From assembly GCA_051362555.1 (NCBI GenBank), contig CM120648.1, forward strand, positions 11,714,587 to 11,778,586: a stretch of 64,000 bases of DNA, read 5' to 3'. This document shows positions 49,091-61,100 of the stretch, in pieces. Made by a program: the position numbers and the translations under genes. The first letter of the stretch is position 1. Every line of letters starts with the position of its first letter. The notes below the pieces were generated by a model, which saw only the letters and a program-made list of their open reading frames with translations, was not told where the DNA came from and searched no databases. This stretch comes from Lingula anatina (lineage: Eukaryota > Animalia > Brachiopoda).

Positions 49091-52000
49091 TTGCCTTAGG
49101 AAAGGCAGTTATAGGTCATTTACTGTTAGACATGTTAGGTATGTCTGTTACACATCCAAATATTGAAGGTAAACCATTCAATAGTAAGCTGTTGATTGAA
49201 GAAAAAAATCCTTTTTCTAATAAGATAACTCAGTAATGAAATTCTTCTCTGATCTACCTATTTTGTAGACACTTTTTCATCCCAAACAGCCATGCTGCTA
49301 ATTTGACAGTCAGAAGGGGGGAGGGGCAGTGGCATCATAATTAAGGGTGAAATTATTGATATGCAATGAGGCAATGCCACCTCCAAAGTCAGCATGGCAT
49401 ACCTGTATGGTTTCTCTGACGAACACCTTCCTCTTACTGGCGGGAGACTTGATCTGAGTGATGCTCCGTCCAATAGTCTGTCTGGCCGCAGCACGCGCCA
49501 CGTCAGGAATGGTGGACTTCAGCTCCGTCTCCTAAAACATTGATAAAATTGAAATTAAGTAATTAATTAAATTTAATTAAACAAATTAATTAATTTGAAA
49601 TCAGTTAAATATATAACCAGGAAAGTAGGATTTAAGCTTTCTGCTAGAATAAGGGATAGTTATTAAATGTTGAATGAAGTTGACGAGAATTATCTTTATA
49701 TCTAGAGAGAAATCCTTCCTAGCATCTTCTTAATCTTAACAGTAGGTACAATATGCATTAAAATGCTAAGGCCAACTACATATATAAAAACAACTCGTAT
49801 AGATGCAATATTTTATAATGAAAAACAATAATAAAAGTGATAACAACGTACTAGTAGATAGCGCTGCATGAAATAAAAAAGTGACGAGGCAATATGTAGT
49901 AAATGTGGATAATCATTTATGTCAGTGATCATAACATTTACAACACAACATTTACAACAATATATGATATCACTTGGTGAAACATGTATTGTAAAATATA
50001 CATCTTAACTGCCATACACAAAATAACAGGTGACAGACCAAATTTAAAAATCAACAAAAAAGACAAATTAATTTTTTTCTGAGTATCCTTGTAAAAGATA
50101 CTGAAGAATAACATTTAAACATTCAAAATATTTAATTCTAGTGTGTTGTTTTATTGGTTTCACCATACCACCTTTATGGCAGTGTGTAACAATGTCATGT
50201 TTAGGGAGTGATTTTTGTGATTTCTTAAAAAAACTGAACCACCCATCAAACATTTTCACATTATTTCTCCAAACACTTGTCATAAATTCAAGCAAGCTAC
50301 TTGAGCATTCATATTTCAACATCTATTCTAGGCATGACTCAATATGTGAAAAAAAAAACACCTATAGAAAAAGTATATTTCTGAAACAAAACAATATCAA
50401 AAATGGCAGATATATATTGCACAGCGGCTTTATAAAAATATTACACCCATATAATTTTTGCATTCAGACTGTGTACAAATCTAAAAATGAACTCATATAA
50501 AACTAAAATAAGTGAAAATGAAAATGTACTATCAATAAGTGTAACTGACAATACATTTATTGAGCAAAATCAAAGTGATACTGATAATATATGAGCTAAA
50601 TAAAAGTGAAACTTAAAGTATATGAGCTAAATGAAAGTGAAACTGATAATATCTGACCTAAATGAAAGTGAAACTGACAATATCTATCATTCCCTATTAC
50701 CCACCTCAATGCTAGCTAATCTTGGATGCTATAGCATAAGTTTTAAGAAAAGAAATTCATGAAAAATTATTCAGTTGCAAAATTTATGGGAACCCGATGT
50801 TTGTCATGAAGAAAAAATTGTGGTCGTCAACGGGACAACATCAACTTTTTTCTTAAAGTCAGTCTGGGTCCTCTAAAATTTTGAAAATAAGTGAACAATA
50901 AAAAGTTCCATCTCAGGTCAGTGTTTTAATGGACACTTTGGCCACAAAAATATAACAGAGAAAACCTTCTTATTTCCTTCTAAAATCATAACATAAATTT
51001 TCAAATAAAATAAATCACCTATAATTAATGGTAAAAAGTACTAAAACTATTAAGAAAGTTATCAGATATCAAATAAGATTCAGATTAATGACTATTTACC
51101 ATGATTTTCTGCTTCACTTTTGCTGAGTTAAGCGATTTCACTGGGCGTAAGGGGCTATTTGAAGAAGATCTAGAATCCTAAAATTAGAGGCAGAATGTGT
51201 TAGAGAAGACAATGTGTTTGAGGAATGTGTTAGAGGTGACACATGTTTATTGCTACAGTTTGACAGCTGTAAAATACTAAGCTCAGGGATCAAAACAGAA
51301 TGCTGAAACAGGAACTGAGCCTTTTTTTTTCTTCAGAATTTCCCCTTTTTCAAACATTTTACACCATATCGAGCAACTTTCTTACAGTTTAAAAGAAAAC
51401 CCTCTCAAAAAGGGACGTTCCCATCTCACAAAAGATAAGGGCAGAAAAGAAACTGTGCTTTTATAAAACAGAAATAAGTGAAATGTGTCAATTAATTAAC
51501 AAATGAATAGTATTAGTTTATTATTATTGGCAGTGGCTCTCTTTTAGAAAGTTATTTGGATTGGAAAACTCAGAGAGGGTATGGTAGTGCAGACGAGTAT
51601 CTTATACTCTAAAACAAAGTGTGTGCAGCATTTTCCATATTCTGAAATTCACCTACCTTGGAATTCAGCTTCATTGTCATTTGGCTGACGCGTGATGAGT
51701 CACTCACGTTGCTCCCCGTGCTTGAGCGTCGGCGTGCAGCAACAGGACGCAGCTCCTGGGATAAAGACAAACCAAATGTTGAAAATGTGAACCTCTACGA
51801 TTAGCACTGTCTATTAAATTAATTCAAAAGATTGAGTTAGAGCACAGGTATAACTAACAAGTTTAAATATTTTACGATTGAAAGGCTTTACAGAATAATC
51901 TGTAAAATAAGCTAAGTTTTAAAAATTAAACACAAATATAGAAATTTAAGTCAACTAGTACAAATATTCAAATAGCAATTTGTTCCAACTTAATAGTGTT

Positions 52001-55000
52001 TAAAAAAACCAACATCTTAATTCTTTAAAAGAAAATAAAATGTAGCCAAAACCAATCAAGACAGTAATAATCAAGCATTATTATATCAGCCCTAGAGGAA
52101 GAAACACTGCATCAAAATTACCCAGTTCATAAAGCATAGGGGGAAAAAAAGAATATTCCTGTCCAATGTTTTTATATGTGTGCTTTGCTTACACATGTGT
52201 TATGTCACATACTGTTTTCCTAAAGATGCAACAGCTAAGAGGACTTGGCTCTTAACACCAAGGCCCCAATACCATTTAATAATCTGCAAGCTTAGATCTA
52301 TAGCAAATAACTTTATGGAGAACAGAATGACTAAGACCTTGCTCCCATACTAACATCGACCTAGCTGGATTGATCCATCTCCAAGGGGTTCTTGCTAAAT
52401 TGCATTCAGTTTTAGTGGCTTAGATGTCTGGCATGCCTACTGAAGCTGCTAAATGATAGTTAAAAACACCTAACAGCTTTGGCAGATGTGACAGACATTT
52501 AAGCTGCTTAAGCTGAATGCAATTTAGCACGAATCCCTATGGAGTTAGGCCGATCCTGTTAGATAGGTTTAGGTATGGAAATGGGGTCAAATAAGTCCCC
52601 AGAGCCAGAAAGCCATGCAGCACTGTGCCTTCTGTATGATAACTGTGCTACTTACTAGCATAATGTGATACATCTAATACTAATACTAAAACAGTGGATA
52701 TGACTACTACTTTCCACTATACATGTATATCTTCACCATCTTTGGTTTGCCCGGTAATTGATAACATGCATGCAAATTGGATAACAGCCACAAAATTGTG
52801 GATGATTTTGTTTCTTGATGAAAAGTTACAGGTGTAAGGTTAATGAAGTGTTAATTCAATGTTAAATACTCCAATGTTAACTTGGGTCACTATAAAGTCC
52901 AAGACAGCATAACTCTAACAGTTGAATTACATTTCAAACACTTAATATCATTATCAATAAAAAGACTCTAATATAATGCCAAATATGAAATAGGAAAAGT
53001 AATGAACTCTAAAATATATTATAATGTTACAGATTGAAATGAATAGAGTTAGGCTGTCTGTGATAAAAGGTTAAAACTGTTAGTGACCTAATAAGATGGC
53101 CTTGACCTCTATCAATGACCTTGACCTCAAGCTTACCTCTACTTTTGCAGCAACTTCAGGCTGTTGAGATATCAATATTAACTGTGAGTTTACAGTTACC
53201 CAATACTAACTACTGTAAATCCCTTATTGTGCTTTGTAGTTAAATAACAGTGGTTAATATTCTTAATTTATCTAATAAATCATTTATAATTTCTTTTTTT
53301 CTTTCAAAGCTGTGACGAGGTGAAGTTTATACCATTACGCCCATGCCATTTATTGTTGTTGACACATTTTTTAAAAAAAATTGTTTAGTGATAATTTCGA
53401 CATAAATGTCAGTGAAAACACACAGGGGTGGTATGCATTATGCCTGCACCAGACGGTAAAAACCCATGCAATTTGTCTACAACATTCTCATAGTCTTTTT
53501 AGGGAGTGAATTCTATGGGTACACAGTGAGAATTGAAAAGGCTTTTTATGGGGGGTGGGGGTGGGTTAAAGAGGGAAGTGGGGTTGGAGGGTAACATCTG
53601 AGGCCTTGTACATATAAGATGTAAAAAAAAACTCCTATTAAAAAAATAAAGTAGCTTAGGCAGAATAAAATCCATATTTCTTTCTACCCAGCAGCCCCCT
53701 TTTAAAGTCTAACCACTTCAATCACAACTTGTGGGCTGGACACAGGAGAAAACACTAAACCAGATACACCACCAATTGTCCAAAACACAAAAAGAATTTA
53801 GATAAAAATTGACAACATAATCAAAACAGCCAAAAAGATTATTTCTAGTTTGAAAAGTGCTTGCTACAATCATCAGTGAAACATCATTCAAATTGCCATC
53901 AGCATTTCCATGCACAAATATGTTACCTTTTGTAAAATGTCTCTCCAAACCATCTACAAATTCTAATAAAAAATTTGTAAGTGATGCTAAATAACAACCT
54001 CAAAACCCACCTTGTTTCTCTTGAGCTCTTCCAATTTTGTCTCACATTTCAACAACTCATCAGAAGCTTCTTTGAATTCGGCATCAAGCTGGTTATACTC
54101 TTCCTCCAAATTCTTCCGCTCCGAGGAAACCTTACTCTGGATCTTCCTATCTCTTATTAAGTTTCTAAGAAATTTGGAAGAGTGACTTATGTACCGTCTT
54201 TCAGAAGTAGTTAAAATATTAATATTCAACTGACTTGAACCTTTATCTATGGATTTAAAAACAAAAATAATAGATTAACTCTATCAAAACTTTTATTTAT
54301 GAAAATTAAAATAATCCATTCTGTTCACATTTTTATAATAATATCAGTAATTACCAGAACCTCCCCCCTCATGTCAAAAATGTCTTCACACTGTCCACAT
54401 ATTTTGTGACAAATGCTCTGCTAAAGACACCGATGCCAAACTTTTTTCCCTTAAAACACATAATTAGGAGACTTCAAACTTAATGCCCTACCTTTTCCTT
54501 TTCACCTGCCCAACCTTTTTCCTCCAATCACTGATGGTGTTAAGCAACTCTTCGAGACTGTCTCCAACAGATGATATTGAAGAATGCCGAGAATTCGAGG
54601 CAGATGATCTCCTAGAATTGTTATTTCCATTCACTTTGATTCCTGGAAAAAATTTACATACTTGTTTAACATTAGCAATTATATCCTTCTAGCATTTTTA
54701 AACTATTTTAATTTTTTTTCCTTCGCAAAACTTTCAGAATTTCAAACAAGTAGAGAACTGATCACTATAAAATTTGCTCAATTCACAAGTAAAAAAGAGA
54801 AAGTCTGGCATAAAAAGTAAAATGCCATTAACTTATTACAATCTTGGCATGACAACAAATGTATTGTCCTTAAAGACTCTCTATTCCTACTGATATTATA
54901 TAAAATACAGTACTTTGTTCACGTCCAATTACTGGTGTACCTCCCCCAAATTATGTGACAAAGGCTTTTTATAGTATAGGGTCACCTGACCCACATGACA

Positions 55001-58000
55001 CAAAAAGGGCGCTAACACCAGATATATGAATTCATTACACTTATTTATATACTGTTGTTACTTATACTAAGGTATAATGGGCTATTATATATTATTATTA
55101 CTTTATGCATGTGAATACCATATTACATTATAATAATAGAAATAATCGTTATCAGTTCTCACCAATATTTGCATTGATGTCCACTTTGGCACTGGAAGAT
55201 GAATTACTGGAGCTCCGTGGTCGATCCATGGCCAGTTCGTCTATATCTAAGTATTTCTGGAAAAATTACGAGTAATTGTTCAAGTGAAGTTTGTTTTCAA
55301 ACTCATATTTATCTTGACCCCAATATGCAACGACCTTGAAAGTATCTTCTGATGACCTTGGCTTTTTCCTCTTATAACTTTAACAAAGCATGATGACCTT
55401 GACCTCAACCAAAGTTTAACCAATCAAAAAGACTAAATCTAAGGTTTTCAAAAGTCATAATTACTTATGTTTAAAACTTTTATTTAAGAAATCTAAAAAA
55501 GAGCAAAGTTTCTTTTTTAAACCTGAACATATCTTTTACAAACTTACTTCGCTTGTAGACTCCAAGCTTGTATTATAGTGATCCCCAAACACATCCAGAT
55601 CCTCGTATGTCTGTTCATACGCGTGTTCATAAGGATCTTCATCTGGTCTGGAGGAGGTACGAATGTTCAGGGAGCCGAAACTTCTTTGTATTTGTTCGAT
55701 GTCATCATAGAGGTATTCCCCATCACTGCTCGTTTCTTCTTTAATAGCACCGCTTTCATCTTATGGAAAAGAGCAAACAGCAGAGTAAAATTTTATGCCC
55801 CTGTCATCATTTTTTGGTTATACAATTTAACTTTTATTGTTGGTGAGAAGATCATGATGATCAAGTGACAACATCCAACATTTAAATGGCATGTCAAGTA
55901 TGCTATAGTGTCACATTTGACAGTGTGGTAGGTCTGTAATGACGTCACATAAGACACTGACAGTATGATTGATTGACTGATTGACAGTACAAATGCCAGC
56001 ACCTAAGGTCTGACAGAAAAAAAGAACTGACTACATGCCAAGTATGACATGTGACATGCATGAAATGTGACAATATGACGTTGGCCTAGGTAATATTTTA
56101 CGTGACAGTATGTGTAAGATGTAATAATGTTTTAGATGTAACAGTGTGTATGAAGTGCTAATGTTAGATGAGAAACTGTGCAAAATGTGATAGTGTGTTA
56201 GATGTGACACTGTGTAAGAAGTGGCACAGTGATAAATGTGACAATGATCAAGTCAGTTGGCACAGCAAAGGTCTAAAGCTCACCATCAGTGGCTGGTAAC
56301 GCCTCCTCATACAGATTGCTCTTCCTGCTTCCAGCGCTACTGCTAGACATGGGGGTCTTGGGAGATGAGAACGCACAACCGGTTTCCTTGATAAGTTTAG
56401 CCAACCACCTTCCTTGTCTCAGAGTATTGCTAGCCTATTGAAATGTTAATAAATTTCAGTTAAAATCAGGGGCGTAACCAGACCTTTAAAAATTGTACGC
56501 ACAGATTTTGAAAGGTACGATTATATTCCTTGAAAAATACACTGAATTTATGGAGAATGATATCATGGTTGGCTCAAAAAATTGTACGCACAGTGCATCC
56601 GTGCGTATGCCTGGTTACGCCCCTGAAAATGTTAACTGTCCATATATGTATTTACATTGCACTACACATTTTAATATCTTAAAATCTTAACTATTTATTT
56701 ACTGACTTTTTTATCTTCTTCTGTTCACTTTACTCATGTTAAGTCTACTGAACATTTTATAATGATATAGATTTTAGACTTTAAATAAATATCATTATAA
56801 TTATTATTATCTATGTATTATAATTAAATATGCAATTAAATATATAGCCAAGATCACAATGGTTTGTGTGTGATAAAATGTTCTAGTTGTGACCAAGATT
56901 GTACTCACCTCTATTATACACTTCTCATAACCTCCCTGTGAGATCTTTATTGCAAGTTCCTTCCCAGTTTCTGGTGCCTGGGAAATTTCACAACCATACA
57001 GCGCAAAAACAAACTCTGGCGTCTCGTCATTACTTTTTACATAGCACTCGAGCATGCCGTGTCGTATGAGACACCAGCGCTCCGCCCAATCTGGGTTCTC
57101 ACTGAGACTGCTCTGGACATTGAGGTGACCTGAATAAAGATTTTGAATACCTCATTTTGGTGAAAATGAAACATTATTTTGGTGAATATATCAAATAATG
57201 AGTGGGTGAAAGTTGTAAAAACTGAAAATCTTGGAAACTTAGCTTTTAATTTCTCATTGCATTTGGACCATGTGAAAAACAAAACAATGAAATGAAGACT
57301 GAAAATCCTGAAATAAGGCATAATTTGACCTTCAACTATTCTGACCTTAACCTGAAATGACCTTGTCTTAAAATGACCTTGACCTTACCTGACATTGAGA
57401 CATCTGTATCACCAGCCTCTGGGTCCATACTGATTGTATCCAGCGTATCTGATATGTCGTGGGAGCACGTGATTGTTAAATGTTTCTTGGACTTCTTTTT
57501 TCCAAATGTGCCAAAGAAATGACTGGCTCGTTGCCCAAGACTCAGAGAAGACTTTTTGGCATGGGTGCGGAGTTCAGCGCCATTGGTTTCTGAAATTGTT
57601 TTATAGTTTTGGTAGAGGTTATAAATTCATTTTTACATCTTACAGAAAATATTGATGAAAGCTGTGTCATATCATGTGATTTTTAAATCAACATGTTCAT
57701 ACTGCAAGTTTAAATTTTTCAAGGAAATAATCACTTTATTACTACTAATACAGTAACTGCTACTACTGCTACTACTACTACTACTACTACTAATTATTAC
57801 AAAAGTATTAAACATTATTTTGCCTAGCACACTGAATTTCTGATATTATAAGCATTAATGCATTTTTTGAGTCTGCTTCTTTTACAACAAAATTGCACTA
57901 AGCGCAATTTTTCTACAGAAAAAAAGTATCAAGGTCTGGATAATTTCATTGTTTACCTGATTTCCCTGGGGTTGGCTGCTGCCCCGTTCCCGTAGAGCAA

Positions 58001-58099
58001 CCACCATCAGATTTATACCCAGCCTCTGTGTCAGTGTGAGTTTGAGCTGAGTGGGGCTGGGATGGTGCTTCTTCAGATGCCACCTATTTATATTATTAT

Positions 58100-58131
<32 letters not shown>

Positions 58132-61100
58132 ATATAATATATTGTCAATTCAATTGGAAAAAAGTGCTCCACCCATAGTAGCTGGGGATCTTATAAAGGA
58201 AAATTTCCCTGCACACACACATATATTTTTATGAAAAATATGTTGAATTTTGAATATTTAAAGATGCATTTGAAGTCAAATTTTTGCCACCATATAGTTT
58301 CAAATGCCACCATATATTTTCAAATATTACAACTTAGAGAAATACCTAAGGATATCATTCCAACATAGCCGAAAAATCATATCTGAATTGATATTTTCTG
58401 CTTACTTTCTATGCTGTATATAGCCACGACAGATAAGCGGGGCAGATAGGTGAATGATCTTATGACCAAAAATCACTCGTATGTGGAGCATGTCATGTTT
58501 GACTCACAAATATTTCAACTAGGGGCAAGTATGACAACCCTATGCCATCAAAATGTGTTTTCGTTAATTTTATTTTGGGATCACATCATGTCATAGCATT
58601 ACCTTTATTGATTATAATGACAGTTTTCATAAAACTTATGTAAAGAAGGTAATTTGCGAATCTCGGGTGCATTAATATGCTTATAAAATTGTATAATTTA
58701 ATGTCTGCCAATTTTCGTTTCTGGTTATATAAAAATAACATCCCAGTCATTTTTTTAAAATAACAAACGAAGAATCTCAATGGAGAGATAGCAAGGTTAC
58801 CATGGTAACTAATATAGCAGTCACCATGGTAACCGTACCTACCTTAGATTCAGAAGGAGTGATATTGTAATGGCTTGCTTGGTTGACTAGTACACTTTGA
58901 GGTGGGGACCCCTCTTTGCTTGAAAGGGGTTCAACAGAGGTGCGATCGAAACTCATACTGGAAGCTGACGGTGGTATATGATCCTCCGTAAAAGCAGCAG
59001 TGAGTAGGGCCTGAAAAAACGTAAATTAAGAGATACAGACCCTTTTTTTATTTCAGTTTATGCATGTTATAGGTCCTGTGTTACTTTACAACAGTTACCC
59101 CTTTCCAGGAATATAGAAATATAGTTTTGATACAAAAAATGATAATAAAATAACAACAACAATCAATCAATCAATCAATAAATGAAATATAAAAGAAAAA
59201 AGAAAAAATTATCAATCCATCATGAATCAGCATATAATAATATATGCTGCATGATTCAGGGGCGGAAGGAAGCGATCTTCTGGGTCAGAATTTTACACTG
59301 ACACTGACACTGACAGGCATATATTTTTTCTGTCAGAAGATTATTAAAATTAAAGAATGGATCAACAAACATAACTTGGAAGACTGTCAGGAAATATCTC
59401 TGGATTTGCCCCTGTGATTGCTGTTACAAACAAAAACGCATTTATTTCACAAGATAAAACCAAACACACGCTCTAATTTTTAGTAATCTCTTTTACCTGT
59501 AACCATGAGTCTGTACTGTCCTTCGTCTCTCCACTGAACCACAGTGTCTCACAGCCAGGGTGGGAGATTCTTAAAACGTGATTCCTTTTCCCCTCCTTCT
59601 CCATATAAATAACATCATAACCTTGTAAATGTAGGTCTATAATTGCCTTCATGTCTTTCTCGTTTTTATAAACTAATAATCTTTTGTCACTTATTACGCA
59701 ATAGCGTTTTGTCCATGTAAGTTTTCCTTTATGATACAGATCACCAAAGTGGGTGATATTTTTTAGAGTTCTAGTTGTGGTTGTGTCGCTATCAGATTCT
59801 CTGCCCTTTTCTTCTCTTTTGGTGTCCTTTTCTTTACTCTTCTTTTTCTTTTTTGATCGAATTCTAAAAATAAACACAAAATATATAAATAAACAAATAA
59901 ATGAAAGACACATTAACCAGAAGGCTGTTGTTCTAAACAACTATTTTTAATGTCTTTCAGTTTACATGGCATATCTTAAATAAGAAATTTATCATTGACC
60001 AATTTTTCAAGCCAGTGAGGTAATTATTACATATGCATCATACTACTAGTATTCTTTTCAGTTTCTAATGAATGGTGAAATTTTATACTACAATATTAAA
60101 GCAAACTATTTTATCTGTTTATCTGCTATCACCGAAACCCATTCCATGTGAATTTCACACATAAATCACAATTAAAGCTGATACCAATATAACTTCCATT
60201 ACACTTGAAACACAACAATAGATGGCAGCCATATCTCAGACCCAAAATGTACATAAAACATGTATCAATTAAGACAGTATTACCAACCCCCTCTACAGTG
60301 ACATTTTGCCCCACCTGTCAATATAACATTTATTTATTGCACCACACTTTTTGCAGCAAAGAAATTCTTTACTGTCCCCAGAACACACATTTTTTATGTC
60401 CATGGCTAAGAGCAAACATTTATACTTCTATCTATAAAATCAACAATCTTGAAGGATTTATTCAATAATAATCCAATCAGGGATGTGATTTTTTTATGTG
60501 TGGGGGTGGGGGGGTGGGTGAAAACTGACAATGTTTTGCAATTATCCTAGAAAAGTTAGAATAATTGATTAAGTTAAAAAGTTGATATCCTGAAAAAACA
60601 AAAATCACATCCCTGGTGTATGCCATGAAATTGCCATATTTGTGCACGAGAATATAATTTATAAACAGTAGTGACTGATTATTAGTAAGTGGCAAAACAA
60701 GCAACTATTTAAGATATTTCAGTGATGTGAGTATAAAATGCTATCTTTACTAGTAATTCTGAATGTAATTTGGACATTTGGGTATTTTCAATACTTCTGA
60801 AGTCTGTGATGATTCATTTTAGCATAGGCCTACTGGCCCATCATCTTTTTTCAACACCAAGATCTAATTTATTTTGGCCCAAAGTAGAAACAGTGACTAG
60901 AAACCGAACAAATTTGCAAAACGTTACTAGCCCTAATGCAATTTGAGTTGCATTTGGTATAGGACAAGTGTTAATATCACAGACTGCTTTTGTGAATCTC
61001 AGTTATTAAGAAAATATTTTATTTCATTTTTGACAGGGATGGTTTAAGACAATGAAGGGGGGGTAAGGACAGGATTATACCCTGAATCTGCCCTATGAAA

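Noticed and set aside
48800-49305. Alternative AFAP1-like terminal exons (MAVWDEKVSTK*, TTKKDLPSQL*)
   Set aside because: The WD-containing frame has no phase-0 acceptor; the other candidate has only an AG and a stop as support
55860-56270. TGACA/TGTCA-rich intronic stretch as a regulatory cluster
   Set aside because: Indistinguishable from a decayed low-complexity repeat without comparative data
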